From NCBI GenBank assembly GCA_963663235.2, contig CAXXNO010000006.1, positions 160,001 to 224,000 on the forward strand: 64,000 nucleotides of DNA, read 5' to 3'. The stretch's first letter is position 1. Every line of letters begins with the position of its first letter. Below, in pieces: positions 1 to 10,425 of this stretch. Below the pieces are notes generated by a model. It was not told the origin of the DNA, ran no database searches, and was given only the letters and a program-made list of their open reading frames with translations. The translations under genes were made by a program, and so were the position numbers. This stretch comes from Dehalococcoidia bacterium. GTDB taxonomy: Bacteria; Chloroflexota; Dehalococcoidia; Bin125.

Positions 1-716
1 AGCGCGCCGCAGCAGACCTGGTCCTTTGGAGCCAGCACCTGCACGCCGTTGCGGGCCAAGACGCGGACCGTGGCGTGATGGGTCTCGCCGAAGGTGAGAG
101 GCATCACGCAGCCGGTGAGCAGGGCGACGCGAGCACGCGGCTGCCCGCGCGGAGCGTAGCGCTCGACATCGGCGGGCATGAAGAAGGGCCGGGTGAAGTC
201 CGGGGAGAGGTCATCCAGGCCGGCGAGCGCAGGGGCGAAGCGCCGCAGCAGGCCGGAGTTGCGGAGCGCGTCGCGGAGGCCGCTGCGCTGGACCACGCGC
301 ATACCGATCGCCAGGGCGCGGAGCCGTTCCGGGTAAGGGAACACGCCGTGCATGATGAGGCGCCAGAGGAAGCTCTGCGCGGGTGCGCTTCGATCCTGCT
401 GGAAGAGGTCGGCGCGCGTGCTCTCCATGAGGCGGCCGAAGGGCACGTGCGAAGGGCAAGCGGTCTCGCAAGCGCGACACTGAAGGCAGCGGTCGAAGTG
501 GAGCTGGACGCGGGGGGTGAGGTCGACGCGGCCCTCGTCGAGGGCGCGCATGAGGTAGAGGCGGCCTCGGGGGGACTCGGTCTCGACGCCGAGCTCCAAG
601 TAGGTCGGGCACTCGTTGAGGCAGAAGCCACAGTGGACGCAGAGAGCCAGCTCGCCGCTGTCGGGCTTATCCGGCCCGACGAAGCGGCTGAGCGCCTCGG
701 TTCGGGTCGCATCCAT
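1..716 (-). CDS. glcF: Glycolate oxidase Fe-S subunit GlcF (partial, runs off left edge; not in ORF track)
   Basis: Manual translation from ATG 716: MDATRTEALSRFVGPDKPDSGELALCVHCGFCLNECPTY, a CxxCxxCxxxCP ferredoxin motif; lies directly downstream of glcE. Confidence 0.88.
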   Translation of the reverse strand, partial: MDATRTEALSRFVGPDKPDSGELALCVHCGFCLNECPTYLELGVETESPRGRLYLMRALDEGRVDLTPRVQLHFDRCLQCRACETACPSHVPFGRLMESTRADLFQQDRSAPAQSFLWRLIMHGVFPYPERLRALAIGMRVVQRSGLRDALRNSGLLRRFAPALAGLDDLSPDFTRPFFMPADVERYAPRGQPRARVALLTGCVMPLTFGETHHATVRVLARNGVQVLAPKDQVCCGA

Positions 717-718
717 CT

Positions 719-2047
719 TCAGATGCCCCCCACGAAGCGGCCGGGGCTGAGCGTGCGTTTGGGGTCGAACTCGTGCTTGAGGCGGCGCATGATGGCGAGG
801 CCATCACCGGCCGGTCCCCAGACGTCGATCGCCGCCTTTTGCGGAAGCGGCGCCCACTCGACCACCAGGGAGCCGCCCAAGGCCTCGATCCCGTTGCGCG
901 CCGTGTCCACGATGGGGGCGAGGAGCGAGGGCGTGGGGGCAGCGAGGTGGGCGAAGAGCAGGCCAGAGTCGGCGTAGGCCCAGAGGCGCGCCTGGTCCGT
1001 GGCGCTGCGGAGAGCGGCCACGGCGTCCGGGAGTCGCGCGGGCAGGACGGCGCAGCGGACCAGCAGCGCGCTTCCCCGCGGCGGCATGGCTTCGAGGTCG
1101 GTGACGCTCTGCCAGAACCCAGGCCACGAGGGCTCGGGCTGAACCGTAGCGGCGGCGAGGTCGCGGGCCTGCCCCAGCACCGCCTCTACGGCGCGCTCGA
1201 CCCCTGCACTGCGCAGGAGGAGGAGCGGGCCCTCCCGGCCGAGTGCGCGCGCGGATTCGGCATCGAGGACAACGACGGCGTGCAGGCCGTCGACGCCGGA
1301 GGCGAGGCGCCGGGCCAATCGCAGGGCGTCGTCGAAATCGGAGACGGGCAGGGCCAGAGTCGCGTCCGCGTGCGGCAGGGGACGCAGCTTGAACGTGGCC
1401 TCCACGATGCAGCCCAGCGAGCCGAAGGAGCCCGCGAAGAGCTTGCAGAGGTCGTAGCCGCTGACGTTCTTCACCACGCGGCCGCCCGCGTGGATCAGCG
1501 TCCCGTCAGCCAAGACGACGGCGCAGCCGATCAGCCAGTCGCGGCCGGTCCCGTACGTCGCGCGGCGGGGGCCCGAGCGGGCGGCGGCCAGCGCGCCGCC
1601 GACGGTGGCATCGTCAGCGCGGGGGACATCGAAGGGCACGAACTGGCCGCTCTCGGCGAGCATCGCCTGCAGGCGGCCGAAGCCGACGCCGCTCTGGACG
1701 GTGACGGTGAGATCATCGGGGACGTAGTCAAGCACCTGGTCGAGGCGGCGGGTGTCGATGGCGACGTCGTAGCGCTCGGGTGCGGCGCCGATGTCGATGC
1801 TGGTGCCGCCGCCGCGCAAGACGACCGCCCGTCCGTTCTCATCGGCCTCGCGCAGGGCGGCCGCGAGCGCCTCCGTGGTGGCGGGATGGACGACGGTCTC
1901 AGGAGTGAGGCCGGCCAGCCGGCAGGCGGCGCGCGCGTCAGGGCCGGCCGCGGTCGCATCGCGGGCCGCGGTCGCATCTCTGGCTGCGGCGGCATCGCGG
2001 GCCGCGGCGGCGATCGCGTAGACATCGGGAGCGCCAGGGTTAGACAT
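719..2047 (-). CDS. glcE: FAD-binding glycolate oxidase subunit GlcE
   Basis: GGRVVKNVSGYDLCKLFAGSFGSLG and LKHEFDPKRTLSPGRF; start MSNPG overlaps the glcD stop; short ARDA(A/T)A repeats at N-terminus. Confidence 0.88.
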   Translation of the reverse strand: MSNPGAPDVYAIAAAARDAAAARDATAARDATAAGPDARAACRLAGLTPETVVHPATTEALAAALREADENGRAVVLRGGGTSIDIGAAPERYDVAIDTRRLDQVLDYVPDDLTVTVQSGVGFGRLQAMLAESGQFVPFDVPRADDATVGGALAAARSGPRRATYGTGRDWLIGCAVVLADGTLIHAGGRVVKNVSGYDLCKLFAGSFGSLGCIVEATFKLRPLPHADATLALPVSDFDDALRLARRLASGVDGLHAVVVLDAESARALGREGPLLLLRSAGVERAVEAVLGQARDLAAATVQPEPSWPGFWQSVTDLEAMPPRGSALLVRCAVLPARLPDAVAALRSATDQARLWAYADSGLLFAHLAAPTPSLLAPIVDTARNGIEALGGSLVVEWAPLPQKAAIDVWGPAGDGLAIMRRLKHEFDPKRTLSPGRFVGGI

Positions 2048-3491
2048 ACGCGTCCGAGCCGAAGCGCGCGATGATCTTCTGCGCCTGCGGCCCCGCCTCG
2101 CCGCAGCCGTGGCCGGTGGCGAAGATCTTGCAGGGGTTGAAGTTCTCATCGGAGGCGAATGCGCCCTTGAGCTTCATCATGGCGGCGATGTCGTCGTCGC
2201 TGAAGATCCAGGGCAGGTAGGAGCGCTTCTCCAGTCCGACGCCGTGCTCGCCGGTGATGGCGCCGCCGGCATCGACGCAGAGGCGCATGATCTCGCCGCC
2301 GGCGTCGAGGACGCGTTCGCCCATGCCGGGGATGCGCTCGTCGAAGAGGATGCAGGGGTGAAGGTTGCCGTCGCCGGCGTGGAAGACGTTGGCCACCTGG
2401 AGGTCGTAGCGATCGATGATGCGGTAGACCTCGTCCAGGACGTCGGGGAGTTTCGTGCGGGGCACGACGCCATCCAGGATGTAGTAGTTGGGCTGAATGT
2501 GGCCGAGGGCGCTGATTGCGCCCTTGCGCCCGGCCCAGAGCTTCTCCCGCTCCGCAGTCTCCGTGGCGACGCGGATCTCGCGGGGCTCGAAGCTGCGGAG
2601 AATCTGCTCGACGGTGTCGCCCTCGGCCTCGACCTGGAGCGCGGGGCCGTCGACTTCGACGATCAGGACCGCCTCGGCATCGAGGGGGAAGCCGGTGTGG
2701 AGCACGGGCTCGACCGCGGCGATGGTGAGGCGGTCGATCATCTCCAGCGCGGCCGGGATGATGCCCGCCTTGACGATGGCGCTGACGGTGGAGCTGGCCT
2801 GGCGCACGGAATCGAAGATGGCCAGGAATGTGCGCACGGCCTGCGGCTCGGGCATCAACCTGACGCGGACCTTGGTCACCACGCCCAGCGTTCCCTCGCT
2901 GCCGACGACACAGCCGACCAAGTCGTAGCCGGGGCGCTCGCGGTCGGCGCCGCCGATCCACTGCACTGCGCCGTCCGGCGTGACCACCTCCAGTCCCAGC
3001 ACGTGGTTGGTGGTAGCGCCGTAGGCCAAGCAGTGCGGGCCGCCGGCGTTTTCCGCGACGTTGCCGCCGATGGTGCAGACCTTCTGACTGCTGGGGTCCG
3101 GCATGTAGACCAAGCCGTGCGGGAGAGCAGCGACCGTGAGGTCCATGTTGACGACCCCCGGCTCCACCAAAGCGGTGCGATTCTCCGGATCGATCTCGAG
3201 GATGCGGCGCATGCGGTTGAGCGAGAGCAGCACCCCGCCCTTGACCGCCAGCGCGCCGCCGCTCAGACCCGTGCCCGCGCCGCGCGGCGTGATGGGAACG
3301 CCGTAGCGGTTGGCGATGCGGATCGTCTCGGCGACCTGGTCTACGCCATCCGGGAAAGCGACCGCGTCCGGGTAGCCGCGGTCGAAGGTGCCGTCGTACT
3401 CGTAGACCAGGAGGTCCTCAGGGGCCCAGACGACGGCGTCGTGTCCCAGCGCCTGCTCCAAGTCGCGAACGAGGGGCGTCCGGGTAGGCAT
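2040..3491 (-). CDS. glcD: FAD-linked glycolate oxidase subunit GlcD
   Basis: PRGAGTGLSGG, PDPSSQKVCTIGGNVAENAGGPHCLAYG, HAGDGNLHP, TGEHGVG. Confidence 0.92.
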   Translation of the reverse strand: MPTRTPLVRDLEQALGHDAVVWAPEDLLVYEYDGTFDRGYPDAVAFPDGVDQVAETIRIANRYGVPITPRGAGTGLSGGALAVKGGVLLSLNRMRRILEIDPENRTALVEPGVVNMDLTVAALPHGLVYMPDPSSQKVCTIGGNVAENAGGPHCLAYGATTNHVLGLEVVTPDGAVQWIGGADRERPGYDLVGCVVGSEGTLGVVTKVRVRLMPEPQAVRTFLAIFDSVRQASSTVSAIVKAGIIPAALEMIDRLTIAAVEPVLHTGFPLDAEAVLIVEVDGPALQVEAEGDTVEQILRSFEPREIRVATETAEREKLWAGRKGAISALGHIQPNYYILDGVVPRTKLPDVLDEVYRIIDRYDLQVANVFHAGDGNLHPCILFDERIPGMGERVLDAGGEIMRLCVDAGGAITGEHGVGLEKRSYLPWIFSDDDIAAMMKLKGAFASDENFNPCKIFATGHGCGEAGPQAQKIIARFGSDAYV

Positions 3492-3697
3492 CGGTGGTTG
3501 ATCCCCTTGCATGAGGGTGACGGTCAGGGCGACCGTCGCGACTGGGGGCATGATAGCAACTGTTGAAAGTAGCGCCGCTGCTCATATACTCGCGCGGTGC
3601 TCTCGTTTGTGAGCGAGGGCCCTGCGTTCGTCGTTCAACAGGCGTAGGACGAACGGGACGGGACCGTGGGCGCACGGGTCTTCCGAGAGGAATCACC

Positions 3698-4360
3698 TTG
3701 ACTGTTATCGCACTCCCCCGAGCAGGCAATTGGCGCGCGCTGATCCCGCCGAAGCAGCCCGTACTCGCGGACCTGGCGCCGGCGTACCCGAACGCGCTGG
3801 TGCGGGACGTGGTGCTGATGGTGGCAGCGAGCCTGCTGATGGCGGCGGTGTCGCAGGCGTCGTTCGCCGTGCCGTTCTCCGCGGACCGCACGGGCCAGCT
3901 GGTCCCGATCACGGGCCAGACGTTCGGCGTGCTGGTGATCGGGGTGTCGCTGGGGAGCCGGCGGGCGGCAGGGGGCGTCCTGCTCTACCTGGCGTGGGGC
4001 TGGGCGAATGCCCCGTTCTTCGCGGGGGGCGGATCGGGGCTCACGGCCCTGTACCTGGGAGCCTCGTCCGGCTACTTGTGGGGATTCGTCGTCGGAGCGT
4101 TCGCCGTGGGGTGGCTGTCGGAGCACGGCTTCGACCGGGGGCCGTGGCTGGTGACAGCGATGCTGGTGGGGAACGCGCTGATCTACGTGGGGGGGCTGCC
4201 GGTGCTGGCGCTGTGGATCGGCAACAGCGGTCTGGATCTGAGCGTGTGGGACGCGGGTCTCTGGCCGTTCATCCCCGGGGACATGACGAAATTGATTGCG
4301 GCGGCGATGGTGGTGCCGCTCGTCTGGACAGCAGTGCGCCGATTCCGGCCCGGCGACTAG
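3698..4360 (+). CDS. bioY: Biotin ECF transporter S component BioY
   Basis: VPITGQTFGVL, PFFAGG, GYLWGF, PFIPGDxxK; TTG start after GAGAGG. Confidence 0.88.
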   Translation: MTVIALPRAGNWRALIPPKQPVLADLAPAYPNALVRDVVLMVAASLLMAAVSQASFAVPFSADRTGQLVPITGQTFGVLVIGVSLGSRRAAGGVLLYLAWGWANAPFFAGGGSGLTALYLGASSGYLWGFVVGAFAVGWLSEHGFDRGPWLVTAMLVGNALIYVGGLPVLALWIGNSGLDLSVWDAGLWPFIPGDMTKLIAAAMVVPLVWTAVRRFRPGD

Positions 4361-4848
4361 CCCCGCCGGGCCGCCTGGGCCGCCTCCTGGATCAACACAA
4401 AGGCCCGCTCCACGGTGCGGCGCTTGTTGCCCTCGCGATCGCCGTCCCAGACGTGGCGCTCGGCGACGGAGCGGTCGCCGGGGCCGACGCAGGCGATCCA
4501 GACGGTACCGACGGGATGGTCCGTCGATCCGCCGGTGGGGCCGGTGATGCCGGTCTCGGCGAGGGCGATATCGCTCTGGAGGGCGTCGCGGGCGCCGCGG
4601 GCCATGGCGAGGGCGGCCTCTTCGCTGACGGAGCCGTGCCGTTCGAGGGTGGCGGCGGGAACGTGGAGGAGCCGCCGCTTGGGCGCGTTGTGATAGGGCG
4701 TTGCGCCGCCGAGGAAGACGCGGCTGCAGCCGGGGACATCCGTGAACCAACTGCCGATGAGGCCGCCGGTGTCGGTCTCGGCGAGGGCCAGCGTCAGGCC
4801 TCGCGCCGCCAGGAGATCGACGGTGGCGGCGGCGAGATCGTGCGGCAC
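4357..4848 (-). CDS. CinA C-terminal / PncC (NMN deamidase) family protein
   Basis: LALAETDTGGLIG, GSVSEEAALAMARG, TGITGPTGG, PVGTVWIA. Confidence 0.85.
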   Translation of the reverse strand: MPHDLAAATVDLLAARGLTLALAETDTGGLIGSWFTDVPGCSRVFLGGATPYHNAPKRRLLHVPAATLERHGSVSEEAALAMARGARDALQSDIALAETGITGPTGGSTDHPVGTVWIACVGPGDRSVAERHVWDGDREGNKRRTVERAFVLIQEAAQAARRG

Positions 4849-4857
4849 GGGCCGTCG

Positions 4858-5163
4858 TTACTCGCGGCCCTCGGAGCGGTCGATGCGGAAGACGATCAAG
4901 AGCAGGCCGGTCATCAGCACGATAACGGGGCCGAGGAGGATGGCGAAGAGCATCCAGTCTTCGCTCTTCGCGTTCATCAGGCCGCCGCCGCCTTCGTCCG
5001 GGGGCGTGTTGGGGCTGACCACCTCACGGGCGACGGGCTCCGCCTCGGCGGCGGCCTCGGCGCCGGGGGTGAAGGCCACAGCGCCGCCGAGCGCGATGGC
5101 CGCGAACAGCGCCAGCGCCAGCAGTGAACGAATCAACTGTTGTCTCGATGACGTCCGGCTCAT
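4858..5163 (-). CDS. Small membrane/secreted hypothetical protein
   Basis: N-terminal signal-like hydrophobic stretch and C-terminal TM helix; GGAGG RBS. Confidence 0.6.
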   Translation of the reverse strand: MSRTSSRQQLIRSLLALALFAAIALGGAVAFTPGAEAAAEAEPVAREVVSPNTPPDEGGGGLMNAKSEDWMLFAILLGPVIVLMTGLLLIVFRIDRSEGRE

Positions 5164-5230
5164 GGGCGCCTCCCCGTGCTGTTGTGCCGCACCGTTCGGT
5201 CAGCGTCAAGCCCCCCCGGCGCGGGCGGGA

Positions 5231-5719
5231 TCAGGACCGGTCCTCGGCGATCAACAGAACCGGGCCGTGGAAGCGGCGCACCACCTCGCCGACGCAGCCG
5301 CCCAGAGGGGCACGTCGCAGACCGCGGCGGCCGTGTCCAGCCATGGCGATGAGGTCAACCTGGATCTCCGCGGCCAGGCGGAGGATGGTGTCGCCGGGCC
5401 GACCGGCGACGACACGGGTGTCGATCTCCAAGGGGTGCGCGTCGTCGCAGCCGGCGAGGAGGCGCGCGCGGAGATCGCTGAGGTACTCGGTGGCCGCCTC
5501 GGAGGCTCTGGCGGCGACGCGGGTGGCACCGCCCGCACGGGCCAGCAGCTCCCCCGGAGCCGAGATGCCCGCCGCCTCCGTTATGCGCTCCTCGGCGGTG
5601 GGGACGACGGTCAGAAGGGTCAGGCGCGTGTTCGCGCCGCGAGCGACCTCGATGGCGTGCGGCAGGATCGCTTCGGCCGAAGTGCTCATGTTGAGGGGGA
5701 GCAGGATGTGGCGGATCAT
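5231..5719 (-). CDS. Universal stress protein (Usp)
   Basis: IRHILLPL ... GRPGDTIL ... DLIAMAGHGRRGLRRAPLGGCVGEVVR ... PVLLI. Confidence 0.85.
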   Translation of the reverse strand: MIRHILLPLNMSTSAEAILPHAIEVARGANTRLTLLTVVPTAEERITEAAGISAPGELLARAGGATRVAARASEAATEYLSDLRARLLAGCDDAHPLEIDTRVVAGRPGDTILRLAAEIQVDLIAMAGHGRRGLRRAPLGGCVGEVVRRFHGPVLLIAEDRS

Positions 5720-5780
5720 GGCACCTGGATCCAGTTTAGTGCGTTCGCGCAGACAACGGTGATCCGAGCGGCCGTGCCGG

Positions 5781-7106
5781 TCAGCGCGGGGTGCGGGTGG
5801 CCGGCGGCGGCGGCGCTCCGGGGTGGCGCGGCGGCTTCGCGAACGCAATCAAGACGGCGGCGAGCAGGTAGGCGCCCACGAAGGCGAGAAAGGCCAGGTC
5901 GTAGGAGCCACGGCTGTCGAACACGACGCCCGCGAGCACCGGCCCGGCGGCGTTGAAGCCGAACTGTACGGGGGCCATTGCCCCGCGGATCGCCCCGACC
6001 GACCAGCGGCCGAAGTAGTCGGGGAAGATGACCTGGGTAAGGGGAAGCATCGCCCCGAAGGCCAGGCCGTGCCAGATAGCGAAGAGGTAGGCCATCCAGG
6101 CGTTCTCGATGAGGACGAGCCAGCCGATGGCGATCGCGATCACGACCATGCTCGCCGGTAAGGCCGCGCGAACCGGCAGGCGCTGCCGGAGCTCGCCGCC
6201 GAAGATGCCGCCGACCACGCCCATGGCGGCCCAGACAGTGATGACGGTGATGGCGGTGGTCTGGCCCAAGCCGTTGTCCTGCAGATGCGGGACGATGCTC
6301 AGGTTGACCGCACCGCCGACAAGGAAGATCTGGCTGGTCCCGAACAGGAGCAGCCAGAAAGCGCGGGTGTGCACCGCCTGACGGACGCTCCAGCGCGGGT
6401 CGGCGTCGGCAGAATCTGGGACGGCCCCTCCGTCGGCGGGGGGGAGGGGAGCGGGGTCGCCATCGGGCCGGAGGCCCAAGTCCTCGGGGCGGCGTCGCAC
6501 GAACAGCCAAGGCGGGACCACACCTAGGACCAGCACCAGCACGCCGAGAGCAAGGAAGGCGGCGCGCCAGTCCGCCAGCGACAAGAAGAGGAGCACGATC
6601 AGAGGCATCAGCACGCCAGCGCCGCGAACGCCCACCAAGGTGACACCGGTGGCGCGCCCACGATTGCGGATGAACCAATTCGCGATCACCACCGTGATGG
6701 CCAAGTTGGTGAGGCCGATCACGACCGCGCGCCCGATGGAGAAGAGCACGTAGAACTGCCAGATCTCTTGCACGGCGCTGAGCAGGAGGAGGCAGATCCC
6801 GATCAGCAGGACGGCCACCGTGAGGAAGGCGCGTGCGCCGTGGCGGTCGATGCGGGAGCCGATCAGCGGCGCCAAGACGGCGCCGCACAAGGTTCCGATG
6901 GAGAGCGCGACACCGATCTCGGTGCGGCTCCACCCGAAATCCTCCTGGAGCGGGCCGATGAAGACGCCGAGGACGGGATTGAAGAACGCCACCTGGGAGA
7001 AGGCGACCAGGGTTACGGCGCCCACGACCCACCAGCCGCGGTAGGTCTCGGAGCGGCGCTGCGTGAAGCGGGTGGGGATGAGCGACCGGCCGGAGCTGCT
7101 CGGCAT
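5781..7106 (-). CDS. MFS transporter
   Basis: About 12 TM segments; motif A-like GSRIDRHGAR; ANWFIRNRGRA. Confidence 0.88.
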   Translation of the reverse strand: MPSSSGRSLIPTRFTQRRSETYRGWWVVGAVTLVAFSQVAFFNPVLGVFIGPLQEDFGWSRTEIGVALSIGTLCGAVLAPLIGSRIDRHGARAFLTVAVLLIGICLLLLSAVQEIWQFYVLFSIGRAVVIGLTNLAITVVIANWFIRNRGRATGVTLVGVRGAGVLMPLIVLLFLSLADWRAAFLALGVLVLVLGVVPPWLFVRRRPEDLGLRPDGDPAPLPPADGGAVPDSADADPRWSVRQAVHTRAFWLLLFGTSQIFLVGGAVNLSIVPHLQDNGLGQTTAITVITVWAAMGVVGGIFGGELRQRLPVRAALPASMVVIAIAIGWLVLIENAWMAYLFAIWHGLAFGAMLPLTQVIFPDYFGRWSVGAIRGAMAPVQFGFNAAGPVLAGVVFDSRGSYDLAFLAFVGAYLLAAVLIAFAKPPRHPGAPPPPATRTPR

Positions 7107-7254
7107 AGACCCTCGACGTGCAGTGGCCCCACCTTAGCCAGAGGCCCTCGCAGCCACCAGGCAGTTGCCGTTGTCAGGAGGAGGCCCGGATAATGGCAAC
7201 GCAACCCCCACGAGGCTCGCTGGGTCCAACGAGCGCAGCAAGAAAGATCCCGCA

Positions 7255-8178
7255 ATGCGATGCCGGCCGTTGTCGCTGTTTGCCATCGCCGTGGTGGGGG
7301 GCGCGTTGATCATGGCGTGCGGCGGCGGAGACGACGAGGGCGAGCAGGCAGAGAGCGATCAAGCGACAGCGCCACTGCAGGACGGGGCAGAGGCTGCGGC
7401 GCGCGACGTCGAGAGCGTGTCCGATGCGGGCGTCGTGGAGGCGGACGAGCCAGACGGCACATCGAATCCCCAAGCACAGGAGCCGCCGGAGCCGCCACCG
7501 CTGGAGGTTTTCGAGGAGATCGACTTCGACAGCCTCTTCGGTGAAGGCTTGCAGGTCGTGCCACTGGGGAACCTGGAGAGCTACCGGTATACGTTTGCGT
7601 TCACGAGCGTGGGTACGGATCCGAGATTCCCGGGGCTGGTCGAGCTCACGATCAACTCGGAGGGTAAATCGGTGGGGGCCCGCCTGCATGCAACGTGCAC
7701 CGGGTCGCTGTTCGGGCTGGCGATCGACGAAGAGGTGATCATCATCGGAGAGCAGGCCTGGATTCGGAGCGGCTTGAACGGCGGCGGATTCATGATGGGG
7801 CGTCCCCGGCTCTGCACGCCCGATCGCACGCCGGCCGGGTTCGGCACCGCCAACCTCCTCGACACGTACGAGCAGCTACCGGGTGAGGGAACAGCGGAGA
7901 CGGTCAACGGCGTGGACACCGTTCACTTCACGCTGGACGAAACCGCCCTAGCGGAGCTGGGCGGGATCGGTGATGCGTTGGGTGACTTCGACTCGGATGA
8001 TATCCTCGAGGACCTGATGTTCACGCTCGACGCTTGGCTGGCCGAGGACGGGGGCTGGCTGGTGAAGATCGAGATAGCGGGGGAGAGCAGCAACGCGGAA
8101 GGCGGGTTCTTCAGCACCGTCATGTCGTTGGAGGTGTTCGACATAAACTCGGGCGACATCCGAATCGAAGCGCCGTAG
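7255..8178 (+). CDS. Lipoprotein (LppX/LprAFG-like fold possible)
   Basis: Lipobox LIMAC followed by GGGDD, acidic linker, ETVNGVDTVHF and DINSGDIRIEAP. Confidence 0.65.
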   Translation: MRCRPLSLFAIAVVGGALIMACGGGDDEGEQAESDQATAPLQDGAEAAARDVESVSDAGVVEADEPDGTSNPQAQEPPEPPPLEVFEEIDFDSLFGEGLQVVPLGNLESYRYTFAFTSVGTDPRFPGLVELTINSEGKSVGARLHATCTGSLFGLAIDEEVIIIGEQAWIRSGLNGGGFMMGRPRLCTPDRTPAGFGTANLLDTYEQLPGEGTAETVNGVDTVHFTLDETALAELGGIGDALGDFDSDDILEDLMFTLDAWLAEDGGWLVKIEIAGESSNAEGGFFSTVMSLEVFDINSGDIRIEAP

Positions 8179-8187
8179 GAGGTCGCG

Positions 8188-9423
8188 ATGGCGGGTCCGC
8201 TTTTGGGAGTGCGGGTGCTGGACCTGACCTGGGTGCTGGCGGGGCCGTACGCGTCCATGATCCTCTGCGACCTCGGGGCCGACGTCGTGAAGATCGAGCG
8301 GCCGCCGGACGGCGACGTGGCGCGGACGACGGGGCCGTTCATCAACAACGAGAGCGCGTACTTCCAGAGCATCAACCGGGGCAAGCGCAGCATGGCGATC
8401 GATCTGCGGAGCGAACGGGGCAAGGCGCTGTTCCTCGACCTGGCCGAGCGCGCAGACGTGGTGATGGAGAACTTCAGGCCGGGCGCGATGGAGCGGTTGG
8501 GGCTGGGGTACGAGGCGCTCGCGCAGCGGAACCCTCGCCTGATCTATGCGGCGACGTCCGGGTTCGGCTACACAGGGCCGCTGAAGGAGAAGCCGGCGCT
8601 GGACATCATCGTGCAGGGGATGGGCGGCGTGATGAGCATCACGGGCTATCCCGACGGGCCGCCGGCGCGGCCGGGGACGTCGATCGGGGACATCAGCGCG
8701 GGGCTGTACACAGCCGTGGGAGTGCTGGCGGCGTTGCGCGAGCGTGAGCAGAGCGGGCAGGGGCAGATGGTGGACGTGAGCATGCTGGATTGCCAGATCG
8801 CCATCCTGGAGAACGCCGTCGTGCGCTACTTCGCCACAGGCGAAGAGCCGCAGCGGCTGGGGACGCGGCATCCGTCGGCCACGCCGTTTCAAGCGTTCCC
8901 GACGGCCGATGGCTGGATCGTGCTGGCGCTGGCGTGGGGGGTGGAGAACCAGTGGGCGCTGTTGTGCTCGGCGCTGGAGCGGGTGGACCTGATCGACGAT
9001 CCGCGCTTCGACACGTCGTACAAGCGCACGCAGAACCACGCGGAGCTGGAACCGCTGCTGTTCGAGGCGATGCAGAAGAAGAAGAGCGCGGAATGGCTGG
9101 CGATCTTCGAGAAGTATGACATGCCATCAGGGCCGTTGAACACGATCGGACAGGCGGTGGAGCAGGAGCAGATCCGGCATCGGGAGATGATCACCGAAGT
9201 CGAACACCCAGTGATGGGACGGCTGAAGATGGCGAACTCGCCGCTGAAGCTATCGCGGACGCCGGGCGGCGTGCGCGGGGCGGGGCCCCTTTACGGGCAG
9301 GACACCACAGCGGTCCTGCAAGAGTGGCTGGAAATGAGCGAGGCCGGTGTGCAGCAGTTGGTGGAAGACGACGTGGTGCAGACCAAGGGCGGCCCGGACA
9401 TCGCCGCGTACCTGCGGGCGTAG
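8188..9423 (+). CDS. Family III CoA-transferase (CaiB/BaiF)
   Basis: GVRVLDLTWVLAGPYA, DLGADVVKIERP, NRGKRS, ENFRPG. Confidence 0.93.
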   Translation: MAGPLLGVRVLDLTWVLAGPYASMILCDLGADVVKIERPPDGDVARTTGPFINNESAYFQSINRGKRSMAIDLRSERGKALFLDLAERADVVMENFRPGAMERLGLGYEALAQRNPRLIYAATSGFGYTGPLKEKPALDIIVQGMGGVMSITGYPDGPPARPGTSIGDISAGLYTAVGVLAALREREQSGQGQMVDVSMLDCQIAILENAVVRYFATGEEPQRLGTRHPSATPFQAFPTADGWIVLALAWGVENQWALLCSALERVDLIDDPRFDTSYKRTQNHAELEPLLFEAMQKKKSAEWLAIFEKYDMPSGPLNTIGQAVEQEQIRHREMITEVEHPVMGRLKMANSPLKLSRTPGGVRGAGPLYGQDTTAVLQEWLEMSEAGVQQLVEDDVVQTKGGPDIAAYLRA

Positions 9424-9426
9424 CCC

Positions 9427-10413
9427 GTGAGCGAATGGGACGACGCCCGCGCACGGGCAAGCGAGATCTACCAAATCACGACGCCCCTCCCGTTCCGCCT
9501 TAACCACGTGCACGCGTACGTGCTGCCGACGGACGAGGGGCTGATCCTGATCGACTCCGGCTTTCCGTCGAAGGAGGGGCGGGAAGGGCTGGCCCGCGGA
9601 TTGCAGGAACGATTCGGCGGAGTGGAGCGGGTGCGGGCGGTGATCGTGACGCACTACCACTCGGACCACATCGGCCAAGCGGGATGGATCCAGCAACAAT
9701 CGGGCGCGGCGGTCTACGTGCACGCCCGGGACTGGAGGCCGCTGCCGGATGTCGGGCGCGACGATGCAGCGGACGAGCCGGAGGAGTTCGGCGGGGATCT
9801 AGCAGCGCACCTCACGCCGGAGTTGCGCGCCTCCTCGCGGGAGCTGCGCGCGCGGTATCAGGGCAAGATCCTGCCGGTGGAGCGGCCCACGCTCGTCCAG
9901 GGCGGCGAGCGGCTGGAGATCGGCGGGAGGCGGTTGGAGCTGGTGTGGACGCCGGGTCACACGCAAGGGCACCTCTGCGTGCGGGAGCTGGACCAGGACA
10001 TCCTGTTCACCGGCGACCACATGCTGGAGCGGATCACGCCGCACGTGGGGACCTGGAGCGCGGGCGAGGGCAACGCGCTGCATCGCTACGAGGAGTCGCT
10101 GGAGCTCGTGGCGCGGCTGAACCCGAAGCTGGCGCTGGGGGCGCATCAAGCCGTCATCGAGCAGCCAGCGGAGCGGGTCCAGGAAATCCGAGCGCACCAC
10201 CAGAAGCGACGCGAGACAGCGCTGAGCGCAATCCAGGATGAAGGGAAGCCGGCGCTGGAAGTGATGGCGGCGATGTTCGGCGAGCTGGAGGACGCGATGC
10301 AGACGTTGCTCGCCGTGTCCGAGACGCACGTGCACCTGGAAGCGCTGATCCTGGAGGAGCGGGCCCGGCGCGAGGACGGCGGCGAGCCACCGCGCTACCA
10401 CGCCATGCAATGA
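9427..10413 (+). CDS. MBL-fold metallo-hydrolase
   Basis: THYHSDH, TPGHTQGH, FTGDH. Confidence 0.88.
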   Translation: MSEWDDARARASEIYQITTPLPFRLNHVHAYVLPTDEGLILIDSGFPSKEGREGLARGLQERFGGVERVRAVIVTHYHSDHIGQAGWIQQQSGAAVYVHARDWRPLPDVGRDDAADEPEEFGGDLAAHLTPELRASSRELRARYQGKILPVERPTLVQGGERLEIGGRRLELVWTPGHTQGHLCVRELDQDILFTGDHMLERITPHVGTWSAGEGNALHRYEESLELVARLNPKLALGAHQAVIEQPAERVQEIRAHHQKRRETALSAIQDEGKPALEVMAAMFGELEDAMQTLLAVSETHVHLEALILEERARREDGGEPPRYHAMQ

Positions 10414-10425
10414 CCGCATGAGCGC

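Noticed and set aside
9427-10413. Metallo-beta-lactamase resistance gene
   Set aside because: No signal peptide; a generic MBL-fold hydrolase in a CoA-metabolism context.
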